A stretch of DNA of 63,892 nt, filler included, from Vannella sp. (GCA_023345925.1; 6 parts of 6 records of this genome joined end to end with filler, not necessarily neighbours in it), one strand, 5' to 3'. Shown: positions 11,301-24,056, counted from the first letter of the whole stretch. Program-made: numbers and translations. Notes: generated by a model not told the origin, from the letters alone.

Positions 11301-14300
11301 CTACTGCTTCCAAACTTTGAGGCTTGCTTGTGACAAAGCCTTCAACCTCCAAAGATACTTCTGCTTCCTTATATGGCAAATTAAAGAACTGGAGAGAATC
11401 CCCGCGCTTCAGTAATTCGTGTAGCAAAGGAATGCTATCATTTTTGCGCCGGATAGAAATGTTAATATCTGCAGCCAAGACATTCTCAATTGTTACTGGT
11501 GGTGAAAGCGTGATATTATACCTTCCGTTGTCACATGGAGTGTCCAGTGTCCAACAGCAATACCAATTTTTGGCTCCTTTTTGGCATCGAAGTATTCTCT
11601 TTTTGCTGTTGTTCTGTATTTGGGTAAGATCAATGGATTGACCTGACCACTCCATTTGTTCATCCTGCTCGTTGATGGGGCGGAGGAATATTCTCCCACT
11701 TGCCGCAAACTGCAACGGCAAATGCAGTGTGGCAAGAGCATCCAGCTTATAAACTGGTGCCAAACTGCGCCCAAGGATACGGATTTCAATCTCGATATTG
11801 GTGTTTGTTGAGTTGAATAAAGAGACGTTTGATCGTACAGTAATGAGCCGTTTGCTCTGCTTATCAGTTTCCACGGACCAAATCAAACGAATGGGATTGC
11901 TCAATTTCGGTTTCAGTAAAACAACCCAACTGCCAATACGATAGATTGGTAGAAACTTGATTGCCTCCCAACCTCCATCCAATTGAATTGCCACAGTATC
12001 GTTTTGCTGTCCCGCTTCCATTTGAGTCTCTCTGTCTGAAGAGCCCTTGCTTGCTTGACTAGCAGAGGTTTGTAAGAGCTTTTGTTCTCCATGATCGAGG
12101 AGGGAAGCTCCCTCTTCATCTCCGACCCAGAACTTGATCATCACACCAGTATCGTTCTTCAGTGTTATGGTACTGACAATGCTTCCGTAATCAACAAGAT
12201 CATCAGAGTTCTGAAGATAATCCTGCGTCCAGGAAGCAATGCAGTTCTGGATGGTATCGCTGAACACCTTTGTAACGTTGCAATTGCAGACTTCCTCGGA
12301 CGTGAGATTCATTTTTGTGAAGAACTGAACGTCTCCTGCTTGCCCAGGAGAAGTAGGAAGAGGGAACTTTCCTATTTTGAGGCTGAGTGACCACGGCTCA
12401 ATCAAAGGCTCCCAATTAGTATTCAGTCGATTAAAGTAGTCTGCTTGGCAATGGGTTTGAACAGTGGTCGACATGGCTGTTGACCAGTTGTCAATTTTGG
12501 CAGAGAGACCAAAGAGTTTGAAGTTCAGCAGAGGAATGTTGCTGCCTTTCAAATCATCAATCAGATTGATCTTCATCCCGCCTGTGGTGATTGTCAGTAG
12601 TTGGTCTTGAGAAGACTTTTGTAGAGCGGCCTGGGCTTGCTGAGTCGCTTGTCTCTTGATAATTTCATCGTCATCTAACTCAGCCATTGCAGGAGGTGTT
12701 AAGCAGGTGGCAATAGCCATCAGAGACTTATAATCTCGATACGAGAAAGTCACAAAGATCGGGTCAACGTGCACTGTAGAGAAGCACCTGAGAGGCGTAT
12801 TAACATACGCGAAGGAGAGGTTGAAAGGCTTAATAATTCTCGTGATCGTGCTCTCTTCATCGCGAAGGAGACATCTATTCACCTGCCAGTTATCCACAAA
12901 GATGCGGAAGCCACTGATTGGATCTGTTGAGTTACTTTTCATCATGAAATCTGCGTGGAAAATGATTCCAGATGAATTTTCGTTTGTGGGATCCGTCGGC
13001 AACTTCATAACAACATCGACCATGTTGAAATTCATCGAGAATCCAGGGAGCTTGGGCCCATGGAACACTGTTTCTATCGTGACGTCACTAAAGCGATTGT
13101 CGCTGGGGCCGCCCATGAGGTTTTCTTGCACTACTGGTTGTTCCAAATGGGGCAAATGCAGATGAGGAGGAATACCATCATTGATAAGACGCAGCAGTTT
13201 TGGTGGGAGCTCATAATTCAGGTAGGGGTTAGAACTAAAGAACTTGCTGATAGTGTAAACCAGAGGAAGCATCAATACTCTTGGGCGATCGAACTGGAAG
13301 GCAATACGAGAGTTCCCCACTCCATTGCTAGTGAAGAAGAACTCAAAGACAGGACTGTCAGATGTTCTTTCGTGGCTCCAAAGCTTAGAAAACTGAGGCA
13401 GGGTTTGTGGTCGCCTGTCATAAACGGTAATGTCATCAAAAGAGAAGTGCATTTTGCTTTGGTTGTCTGATTCGCTTATCCAAATGAATGCGTATTCTTT
13501 TAGCTCTCCTATTGCCTGGGAGATATATTCAGTAGGATTGTCAGGGTGCTCCTCCAAGATCTCAACAGAGCCTTGGTGGAAGTTCAGAGCAACTGCAACG
13601 GTAACATATGAGGAGCCAGATGGTAGGGGGTTCGCTTCGGGAGCATTGGGGGCTGTACGAGATACATTCACCCCAGATGATGATCTTAATGTTCCAGAGC
13701 GGGAGCGTGACTGTAGAGACTGTATAATCTCTCTCCTTTGTCCTGAAAGCGATCGTTCTGTGATGAACTGGCGGATCGTATTCATCCATAAGGCGTACTG
13801 CTTTGTTGTCATCCTAAACTTGATGTTGGGAACATCGATGGTCATCCGGAATCCAGGTGCCAGGTGCTGTTCATCGTCAATTCCTCGTTCCCACTCCATG
13901 AGCAAGTCGATATCATCGATGATCTGCGCTTTACGATCTGGCTTTGTCTGGGAACCCGCTTCTGCATGGGCTTTGGACATTAGGAAGGACATCCGCTCGC
14001 CAATGACCCAGTTTTCTGGATCGATCAAAAAATAGCTGTTCGAGAGAGACATCTTTCCCATGTCCAAACGGACAAACTCAGAGGAAAGAGAGTTCATAGG
14101 AATGTCCAAGTTGAGATCTTCCATCATAATTTCGTACATGAACTTCTGCTCATATTTCTCCTTGTTACTAAGTTTCTGCTCAGCCTTTTGAGAAGCAGCC
14201 ACTGCCATGGATGCGGTATCCCCTAAGATTTTCTTTAACTCAGACATCTCAGCAAAGTAGTCTCCTAAGGCCCAAAAGAAGCGCTGCAAAAGCACAATCT

Positions 14301-17300
14301 TAACCGAATTGAGCTTCAGTTGGAGTTTCTGCTTGAATCCAGGATAATCCGCATATTCCGGGGTATATTGTCTGTAGACAAAAGAAATCGTATCAGCCCC
14401 TTCAACTGAGAGAAGGGTTGGGTAGTAATTAGCTTTCTCCGTTAAATCCTCCAAAAGAAGCCCACCAAGTGTGCCTCTTATGTCCATGATGCTTGCATGA
14501 TAGAGGACTCCCACTACCAACTTGGTGATTCCGCAGATAGCAAAGGGCTCTGTTCCTTCTTGATTGAGAATGAAACGAACAGACTCAAGAGTTGCCGTCA
14601 TTTTGACTAGGACAGTTGAGGGAGGTTGCAATTTTGCACCTTTAGGGAGAGACTCCTCCTCTCCTGGTTGAAGATACAACGGCAGCGCGTTATGCTTTGC
14701 AAGGCGCTCCATTCTTCTGATTGCCTTCCGATCTCCGTCTGAGAGGAAGGCAAGGTTAATGAATTCGTTGAGTGCTGCAACAGTCATTCTGTTGAACGTC
14801 AAGTAGAGCGAATTGAACGCTAAGTCCAGTTGATTATCTAGCTGAGCATACGAAGGTGAAGCAGTCTTGATTTTCGAAAGCACGATTCGTATGAGATCTT
14901 GCTCGTTGTCCACATGGTTCAGTAATGAGTATCCAACCTGGGAAGGAGTAGGATGAGAGGTGGCCAAATAACGGGAAGCCTCCCCCTGGGTTTGCATTAG
15001 GTCGATGATTTCAACAGAATGTACTCCAACATAAGCAGCTTGATCTAGTGATCTGTAAAGATACTGCAAAGCAATTCCCTCAATGTGCATCTCTGCAATG
15101 GGTACAATGTGGCCAACATGGTTCTCGCGAGTCAATAACAGCCATCCTTCAGCAATAGAGAAATGTCCCTCAATAATTTTGTTGTTGAGAGAAACGTCGC
15201 CAGCCTCCTCCTCTTCCTCTTCGCCAACACCTTCCAAAATTTGAATTCCAACGCCAAGCTCAGGCTCTTCCACTTCATCTGACATCACCAACTCAGGAAG
15301 TGGCTCTCCAGGCCCATCATCTTGGATCAAGGACATAACAATTCGTAACAGATCCCTCACATGAACCGCTGAGAAGGCAAATCGTAAGGCAGGAATGTAA
15401 GCAGTGATTCTAATCTTTGCTAACTTATCGGTGGGAGGAACAATGAGCTTATCAAGAGACAAGTTAACATCGAACTTTTGCAGCAATTGGATACTCTTTG
15501 GATGGTTTTCAACAGGCAGTAGAGGCCATTGCTGCGCGTTGATGAGAAGAAGCTGAACAGAAGAAGCTTGAAGTCGGATCTGGTCATACATATGCTCCTG
15601 CCAGCGCCCTTCTGGATCAAAGTCGAACTGTTTCACCATTTCTTTGGCCCTTGTGAACAGTTTGAGCTCTCCAAGATCAATAATCAAGATAGGAGCATCA
15701 GGGGCTGAGTCTTCAGGAATTATAAGACGGGGAGCACAAGCTTGAATGTCCAATTCAATTCGTTTGCGGTTCTGGAGAAGATGCTTCACTTGAGAGAGGC
15801 TGTTCTCCCTGAAAGATGTCAATTGCTTGCCTATTTCCTTCTCTACTTTGCTAGTAGATCGCTTTTTGAATGGTCTGGAAAAAACGCCAATCAATCCAAG
15901 CAACCACTCAGCGTTGATGACAATGTCACTGCCCTGCATTCGGACCTTCAACTGAACGCTTTCTGGGTTCCGGTGGAAGCCGAGAGAGAAAAAAGGCTCG
16001 CCAGTGCCACTGCCTGTGAGACGGGCAAGAGGTTGAGCAATGACTGGAAGTGTTGCGTTGGCAGTTAAATGGTCCATCACTTGAAGAGACAAAAGGGACA
16101 AATACATCGAAAGTGAACCACTCCTGACGTCCATCTTGACTGTGAGATCGTCTAAGGAACCTTCAGCAACATTGAATTCGCTTTGCTTGTGCCCTTTCAA
16201 CTTGACTGCAAACTTTTGAAGCAAGAAGGAAAGCTGAATATGCACATACTCAGGAGGAGCATCATAAGATACAGCGTTGTCCTCTGACTCGTCGTAGTTG
16301 ATAGCCTGATAGAATATCTGCCGCTCACGCTCCGTCAATCCATATTTGCTCTCCAACATATCAGCGGATGATTCAGTATTGTTGGAGCCCTGAATCCAGC
16401 TTGCTCCCCATTGCCACCATCCTTCTTTTGGTTTCTCGTAGCCAGTCAGACACTCTCGTGGGACCTTTGCCTCCGCAAGAGAGCGAAAGTATCCGATGTC
16501 ATCTACTGATAGGATCTTCTCCATCTCGTCCAATCGCTTTGGACGCTTTCCTGTGGTCAGATGCTCAATCCAAAGATCCATATACTCCAGTCGCCGACTC
16601 CTCCTTGCATCCAACGCACGAAAAGACCAAGAATAGCGCGTTCGTCTTACATCTCGCAATTGTGACTGTAAAATGAACTTCCAGTAAGACAATGGGCTCT
16701 CTTGTAAAGGCAGATTGAACGGCCGGAACATCTTGTGACGCTCGCGAAGAGAATGCTTGCCCACCCACTCATACAGCCGGATGAGTTGTTCCAACTGCAC
16801 CTCTGTAAGCACGCCACTGATAACCGGAAACAAGAAATCAAGGGTGAATTTGGGCAGAGTGAGATCAGGAACGTTGCTTTTGCGAATGCGCACTCGAAGA
16901 GACCCAGAAACAGGGTTAACAACATACGTGCAGGCAGGTGGGAGGCGGTCAGTTCGATATATCAGCTGTTCCATAACTTCTCCCAGTTCTAGATTGTCCT
17001 TGTACACTAAAGGCTGGTCCTGCGTGTTCCAGTAGACAGCCAAGTTCCTCAAAGAGACCAACTAGAGCCATAAATGAGCGCGTTGAAGTGGTGACGAGCC
17101 CAACATACCTTGAAGACACTTTTCTCCTTCTTTTGGAGCTCCAGGGCAACATCAGCGAACTGCTCATCCGTGGAACAGGCCACAGCTTTCTGGAGAGTGA
17201 TTCCGCAGCTGAAGATGGGCTGCCCCACTGCTCGATCGTCTTCATAACGAATGTGAACGTTCTCAATGTAGATTTGGATGTTTTCGATCATCTTCGCGAT

Positions 17301-17775
17301 CAACTGGGTCGAGAACGAGTCCGCTGAGGTCTTGGGACCGTCTTGAAGCTTCCTCTTCTTAGCCTTGATGTGCTCGAGCTTTGCAAGCTTCTTAAGCTTG
17401 ATAGTAAGGTCTCTTTCTAGCTCAGAAGAAGCATCCCACTGCCATCGCTCTTAGTAATCTTGCAAGAAGAGTGCACATCCAACTTACCTCTCGCTCCTTC
17501 CGAGGACCCACAACCACGTGCAAACCAGATAACCGAAGAACGATAGGAGCAGACATAACCTTCCTCCACGGTACAGAAAGCTCAAGCTTCCCTAAAACAC
17601 CGCCTTTGATGTCGAACGGCACATCGACAAGGTCCAGCGCCTCCTTCTTGATTTGCAGGTTGTCCAAAGAGACCTCTCCTCCCCACACAGCAATGCGCAA
17701 ACTCTCCTGATTCAAACCCTCCACATACTTGCCCAACAAGCGAAGAAGAAGGTCCGACGCCGCCTTCTCAAACAT
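8313..17775 (-). CDS. VPS13: VPS13-family bridge-like lipid transfer protein (about 3100 aa, 4 exons)
   Basis: Chorein-N start MFEKAASDLLLRLLGKYVEGL; IENIQIYIENVHIRYED; WEPLIEPW; VAB region; QVDNQL; C-terminal FDIIGNPVSLV..GVHDFFYEP and RVRPPR; last exon ends at 8313. Confidence 0.97.
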
Positions 17776-17881
17776 GCGGCCCAACCGCCCAAAGAATGGA
17801 CCACACGAGAGGCGCATTTCACCCTTTTGATTTGCATTTCCCCTACCAAATGAGCATTTCCCCTTCTTCGTGGAGGCTCTG

Positions 17882-20800
17882 ATGCTGTCGAAGACCAAGT
17901 TTGGGAAGAAGTCCTCCCGAAGGTCTCCTCGATCAGAGGACCGTTCTGATGGGGATGCTATTGATGACGCGACGGAGGTGGGTTGGGAGGGCGTGAGTGA
18001 CTGTGTAGGTACTTAGTGCGAGTTTAGAGCTTGAAGAGGGCGAGGCAGGACTTGACACAATGGGCAACTGAGCTGGGCAGTATCGTTCCTCGCTCCAATA
18101 ACAAGCTTCTGGTGGAGCTACTCACCTCCTTTGCTGATCAGCTTGCCCAAGGAGACTCACAAGGGAATCTTCTCGGTAAGACGACCACTCCCCTTGCTCT
18201 TGGCTTACTTCTACCCAACAGAGCAAGCAGCCAAACGTGCAGGAACAGTTCTCATGGTTGTGGAAGATCGCCATCAAGCTCTCCTTGCCGAACTTACCGA
18301 GAAATGGGAGAAACCGCTGTTGGACTTGGTCGAGAACGAGATAGGAGCCTCTTTGGTGAGTGATCCACTCCTCCATTTGACGCTAGATCGCTGTCTGATA
18401 GTCTTGGTCGATCAGACTGCCATCAGCACCTTCGAGAAAGCTACGGAGATCCTCCAGCAGGCGACCAAACGACTCCAGAGTGCTCAGAAGAAGCAGAGTA
18501 CTCCTCAGAAGCTTGCAGAAGTCCAGCAAGAGCACGTCCAAGTGAAAGAGCAGTGGGAACAGCACAAGAACTTCATGGAAGCTTGGGTGGCTCGCGCAAC
18601 CGCCAAGTACGAGTTTCTCACCTTGGAGATCCTCAATGGACTTGTCTGCTCATTCGAAAACCACTTTTTGTCGCTCGCAGCGCACTGCGCTTCACTCCAA
18701 GAGGAGATCCAGCGGACTAATGCTGTCGCAATCACAGTAAGTCACTTACGGCCTTGGGCTCGTAGCCGCTTCGACTCATCACTTCCGTTGAAGAAGAGGA
18801 AAGAATTCTTCTCACAGAGCCTACCTGCGGCTCCCCCACCCTTGAAGAGCTCTCAATCGTCCATTAAGATCGAACGAGGCTCCCGGTTAGACCAATCAAG
18901 CGAGGCAGCATCTAAAAAGAAGAGGAAACGATCAAGCTCTGTCGGCAAGTTTAGCTTTAGTGAGCTTTCAGGTCGATTAACAGACAAATTAGACCCCCGA
19001 TTCGAGTGTGTCGCCACTCTCTTGAAGAGTGAACAGGAATTTAGTACCAAACTGAGGTTCCTAGTGAAAGTGAGTGTGATTCAAATCAATTGAAACCAAC
19101 CACTGACATCCACTCAAGATGAAGACAAAGCTGACACGTGATGAACGATTAGCATCGTACACACAAAGCGTTCAAGCCATGTTCATGGGCGTTGAAGACA
19201 TCTATCAAAACCAAAAAGACTTTGTGGAGGAACTGATCGAGCTGTGCTCAAATTGGACGAAAAATGCGGGAGAAATGCTCAAACAGTATTCAGAGAATGT
19301 CAATAGGCTTTACGGTCTGTATGTTCGCGACTATGCAGCTTCTGCCCTGGCCTTGAGTAAGGCACGCAAGTTTCAAGTTTTTGAAGCTGTGTTGGAAGAA
19401 GAAGAGGAATCACGCGAATTGACATTGCGTGATGTCTTCCCAGAGGTATTACAGCGTCCCCTATTCCTCCGAAACTGGCTCAAACAGTTCCTCTCGGAAA
19501 CTCCTCGTTCTCACTTGGACTATCCTCTTCTCTCCGAAGCGCTGAGCCAACTAGAAGAACTCGATGAGAACATCAATAATAGTGGAGCCGCATTGGAGCA
19601 TTTGACGAAGCTCCAAGAGATTCGTAATCGCATCCAAGGCATGGAAGAGATCTCTCTGGCAGACCCTCTTCGCTCATTCTTGAGAGAAGGAGATATTGCA
19701 GCTAACATCCTCACTGGTAGGCAAGACCAAATCAAAAAGCTCAAGAAAGAGGATTATCGTATCTTCCTATTCTCTGACTTGATTGTGTTTGCCAAAAGGC
19801 AAACTCCCACTTCCCTTTTAAAGAAACGAGGAGCGCAATCTTGGCTGTGGATAGATCACTGCTTTCTGCACAGCTGTACACTGGAGACGTTACGAGGTAT
19901 GCTTCTGCTATTAATTTAAAGATCAGGATCTTAACATACCTAGACTCTCATGCCAGGGGTGCCCGGCTAGTGACCCCCAACAAGGTTTTCTCTCTCTTCT
20001 GGGAAAAGAAGGAAACAGAGGAAGTCTGGCAACCTCTCCTCGAGTCCTTAATTTTTGAGCAGCACAAGCCCAAATGTGAGCGTAGAAAACTCTCCTTGTT
20101 GGGTTCAATCTGACTCTCGTTTGCAGTGTTCGGGCTGCCCTTGGGAGACATTATTGCATCTGGTCACTCCCGACGACTTATCATTCCAACGGTTGTTACC
20201 GACTGCGTTGAATTTATTCTTTCCAAAGGTCTCTACACGAAAGGGCTATTCAGGGATGTCTCCTCAGTAGAAGAGGTGGAAACTCTACGAATAGCTTTTG
20301 ACAGGAACGAAGCTATTTCCTTTGAAGAATCAAGCCCTTTAGCTGTCTCTGCACTTCTCCTCTATTGGCTCAGAGAGCTTCCAGAACCACTGACTACTTT
20401 TGCCTGCTACGACGACATCATTGCAGCCAAGAGTAGGTCCTCCTGACCCACTTTGAAGCTTATCTTTCCTACTCACACCCTTTCAAGGTCCTGAAGAAGC
20501 CCAGAAAGTCATCAAAAAGCTTCCCCTCCTCAACCAATACGTTCTTGAGTATATAATGGGAGCGTGTGAATGCACAACAATGCACCCCAAGACTGGAATG
20601 GATGCCAAACACTTGGCCGTTCTCTTCGCCCCTGCGCTCATCAGGAAAGGACCTAATCAGTATGAAGTATCTCACATGGGGAAAGCCATCCAATTCGTCA
20701 TGTGGATGATTGAAGACTTCCAAATTGTCCTCCAAGTAAGTCACTTTCAATCCATCTGCCCCCCTCACAGGCTCTAACGCTTGGAACAGGATGTAATGGA

Positions 20801-21098
20801 AGACCGCATTACCACTCAAGAAGATCCACAGCGAATTGACAATCTCCTGCGGAGTCACTTGATGGAGCAGCAAGCAAAGTTCCTGCCAAAGAAACCCTCC
20901 AAACCCAGCCTTGCCTCCGGTCCGCCTCGACTCTCAGGCTCTACTTCAACTTCATTCATTCGAAGAGCTCCCAGTTCTACCTCCCAACCTCGTTCACGAG
21001 CTTTCTTCACCCCAAACCGGGAACGCAGCCAAACCACCAGCGCGTTTCTCGGCTCCTCAGGCTCCCCCATTCCTCTGAACTTATCTCCAGAGGCATAA
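17882..21098 (+). CDS. BAR-like - RhoGEF(DH) - PH - RhoGAP multidomain protein
   Basis: Helical N-terminal BAR-like region; DH-like LLKSEQEF...QRP...DYPLLSEAL; PH-like FLREG..IFLFSDLIVFAK; RhoGAP VFGLPL..IPTVV..GLFR..LRELPEPL..LAVLFAPAL; joined by short GT-AG introns. Confidence 0.82.
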
Positions 21099-21158
21099 AA
21101 CCATCCTCAGCTCCACAAAGCACTCCATTTGTAAACGGCGCCCACAGGAGAGCGAGGA

Positions 21159-22667
21159 ATGTCTAAACGGCGCGTCGCTAAGGTGGAATGGGAGCTTCCC
21201 TTGAGGAAGACAGCCAAGTTCTCTGTAGGGCACAACTTGAAAGACCTTCCTGAGGGACTGGAACGGGAGCAGGGTGCTCTGGAAAGAGAAACGGAGCTTC
21301 GGCGCGAGCTCCAGCGGTATCAGAAGACAAAGGAGCTTCGGCAGCACTACAAAGACGCTTGTAGAGAGCTTCTGCACTGGACAGAACCACCTAAGAGCTC
21401 TTTCAATCGCTTCCTCACAGACCAGCTGACAATGAAGGACTCAACGTGCCCAGGAAGAGGAGATCCTCTTCTTCCCATGTCAAAGGACGTTCCTGGCCCA
21501 CTCAGTGAGTGGATCAAGACCACTCGCATCTACCAAGAGATGAGAGAAGACTATCCCGTCAAGGTCATGCCCCCTGTGCAGTTCCTGAAGGGAAAAGAAC
21601 AGTTGCTGGCGCACCTCGCAAGTTACCTTCGAGGATGCGAGGATGTTCGGCTTCTCGTCACTCATACGGATCCAACAGACTCTCAATCTCTCTCTGACGT
21701 CATCCATGACCTCAAGGATCTTGGCTCAGCCCCAAATCCCTCTTTCCAGAGTCTCAACGACAAGTACACTCGCCTTCGCGATCGATTAGCGCCAGTTCTT
21801 GATAGAATCATGTCTCCTCTATCCTTTCAGATCGTTCAAAAGCTTCTTCACTTCTCCGACGAGGCTGTGAAAGAGATGAATGATGGGGAAAGGAAGATAG
21901 AATCTGAACCACTCGTTCCCGTTATCACCAAGAGCCCTTTGCATGTGACAGTTTCTGTGCGTGATTTTGAGATCAAGATAACAAGCAAAGCCTTGGAGAA
22001 CCTGCAGCGACGTTACAGGGCATCCGGAGAATCCTCTGCTGGGGAGGATCTGGCAATTTCCCAACTTCTTGTTCGCTACCAAGCTTTCATTGGGGAAGAC
22101 AAAGGGGCAGGAGGACTTCATGCTGCAATTCCCTCTTCTTTCTTCAATCAATTGGAGACTCACTTCGGAGTCACTCACGAATGCTTCGCCTCTCCGATGA
22201 ATGCGCATTGCTCCTCGTTCTGCTCAGCATTTGAAGATACCGACGCTCCTTTTGGATCTGTTGGATCCTTTTTGAAGTACTTTCCAACCTCAGGCTCCTT
22301 TGAAGCCAATCCCCCTTTTTGTGAGCATCTGATGGACCAAATGGTCTCTCATATCCATCTCCTTTTAGAGAGTAGCGAGAAGCCACTCTCCTTCATCGTC
22401 ATCATCCCCAACTGGGAAGACGCTCCGTGCCACAAAGCCATGCGCCATTCCCAATTCCGGACAGAACGCTTAGTGGTCCGGGGGAAACAGCATTTCTTTA
22501 AGAGTGGCCTCCAACACAAGGCCCTCAACAGTCAACAAAAGATCCATTATCGAGCAGTGCATGACACCAGCGTCTTCTTCCTCCAAAATCAAGCGGGGGA
22601 ACGGAAGTGGTTTCCCTCCCGGCGAAAACTGGATCTACTGGAGACCTCTTTCAGTGAGCCTTTCTGA
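21159..22667 (+). CDS. PCIF1: PCIF1/CAPAM-like cap-specific adenosine N6-methyltransferase
   Basis: GLHAAIP, FGVTHECFASPMN, FCSAFEDTDAPFGS.GSF, GSFEANPPF (catalytic NPPF), PLSFIVIIPNW, AVHDT.VFFLQN. Confidence 0.92.
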   Translation: MSKRRVAKVEWELPLRKTAKFSVGHNLKDLPEGLEREQGALERETELRRELQRYQKTKELRQHYKDACRELLHWTEPPKSSFNRFLTDQLTMKDSTCPGRGDPLLPMSKDVPGPLSEWIKTTRIYQEMREDYPVKVMPPVQFLKGKEQLLAHLASYLRGCEDVRLLVTHTDPTDSQSLSDVIHDLKDLGSAPNPSFQSLNDKYTRLRDRLAPVLDRIMSPLSFQIVQKLLHFSDEAVKEMNDGERKIESEPLVPVITKSPLHVTVSVRDFEIKITSKALENLQRRYRASGESSAGEDLAISQLLVRYQAFIGEDKGAGGLHAAIPSSFFNQLETHFGVTHECFASPMNAHCSSFCSAFEDTDAPFGSVGSFLKYFPTSGSFEANPPFCEHLMDQMVSHIHLLLESSEKPLSFIVIIPNWEDAPCHKAMRHSQFRTERLVVRGKQHFFKSGLQHKALNSQQKIHYRAVHDTSVFFLQNQAGERKWFPSRRKLDLLETSFSEPF

Positions 22668-22812
22668 ATGAGTCCGGAATACACAGACTTCAGAATGCCT
22701 CAACCTCGCTTCTGGTCCAGCCGTCCGCGTCTCAGAAGGTCCAAAAGAATCAAACCAAGAGGGTTCGTTCGTGTGCTCTTTCCCTCATTCTCTGGCCCCT
22801 CGTTAGGAGAGC

Positions 22813-23904
22813 ATGGATGAGCATGACCGACACCAGCTGGGACACTACGACCACATCTCTGAGTGGTTCCCGTTGCTGGGACCTTCTCATACGTTCGACA
22901 CGAAGATTCTTGACCTCTCGTTGGAGGAGGGCCAGGCTCTGCTCAAGGTGAGAGAGTTTGGGCGCATGCTTGGACAGATGTGGAACATGAGTGAGACGGA
23001 AGAGGACAAGCAGAAGGTCAGGGAGATGGATCCGCGCGACATGTTGGAGCGGAACCACCCTGAGTTGTCCGTTGCTTTGAGAGAGGCCGCTGTTCGAGTA
23101 GATGAGGTCATCAAACAGTTCCCTCAAGGTGCTTTCGTGCGTATGAACACCCGCAGTCCCAAGGATGGCGCACTGGGGAGAGGTTTGGTGCTCCAACTCG
23201 TCAAAGAAGCCATCGAAGCCAGCCCACAAGAGGATCCTCATTCTCTTGCATGTGCCGTGGCAGATGGTATCATCTACTGGTCCTGTACCAGTCGCGCGTG
23301 CCGCGTGCGCAGCGGAGAAGAGGCCATTGAGCTTCTCTCCTCTTCCAACCGAGTTCAAACAGATCTGAGCTTGGGCTTCCTCACGCATGGTCAATCCCTT
23401 CCTGTGGTCATTCGCGAGTGGGAGGACATCCATCCGGAGTACGAGTTCCGAGTTTTCGTTGTTCGCAACCAAGTTACCGCTATCACGCAGTACCACGCTG
23501 CTCTGTACGTACCAGAGATGGTAGAGAACAAAGAGCGCGTGGTAGAGCTCATTCTACTTGAGTTTGAGGCCGTCAAGGGAAAGCTACGAGCCCCTGAGGA
23601 CACTTACACTATTGACTTTGTTATCTGTCCTGACTTTTCACGTGCGAGGGTGATTGAGATCAACGATCCTCCTCCAGTAGCAGGAACGGCTCTCTTTAAC
23701 TGGGACGACGAAAATGACCGCCGTTTAGTGGAAGAAGGCCCACTTTCAGTGAGAATGATTGAATCTCCAGTCCCCTGGAAGGAGCAACAAGTCGCTGCCT
23801 CCATGCATCAACCGATTGTTCAATACATCGACCAATTGCGTGGTCGTCTCCCTCTCCCGCCCACCACAACGCCACAACCTGAAACAACCTGCAATCTTGT
23901 TTGA
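22813..23904 (+). CDS. CDC123/D123 (R2K clade) ATP-grasp protein
   Basis: FVRMNTRSPKD, SS.RV..DL, VIREW, EFRVFV, TAITQY, IDF, VIEIN, ALFNW motifs. Confidence 0.85.
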   Translation: MDEHDRHQLGHYDHISEWFPLLGPSHTFDTKILDLSLEEGQALLKVREFGRMLGQMWNMSETEEDKQKVREMDPRDMLERNHPELSVALREAAVRVDEVIKQFPQGAFVRMNTRSPKDGALGRGLVLQLVKEAIEASPQEDPHSLACAVADGIIYWSCTSRACRVRSGEEAIELLSSSNRVQTDLSLGFLTHGQSLPVVIREWEDIHPEYEFRVFVVRNQVTAITQYHAALYVPEMVENKERVVELILLEFEAVKGKLRAPEDTYTIDFVICPDFSRARVIEINDPPPVAGTALFNWDDENDRRLVEEGPLSVRMIESPVPWKEQQVAASMHQPIVQYIDQLRGRLPLPPTTTPQPETTCNLV

Positions 23905-24056
23905 CCAAAAGAAGAAGTAATGAACGCAGCATTGGTTCTGACTTGACATTTGATCCATTCACCTTCGTCGGTTGGTGCGGAGAGGGCTGATTAGTCCCTC
24001 CTAAAGGCGAAACACCATCAGCTCCAACAGAGTCCTCCTGCACAGGAGGAAGGCCT

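Noticed and set aside
22750..23496. Long antisense ORFs (also 4679-5440, 13430-14035, 25389-25892, 50445-51188, 51736-52281)
   Set aside because: They are shadows of well-supported genes on the opposite strand, with no motifs of their own.
21159..23904. PCIF1-like and CDC123-like neighbours as a functional translation-control cluster
   Set aside because: Adjacency in a compact eukaryotic genome is not evidence. It would need conserved synteny, which cannot be seen here.
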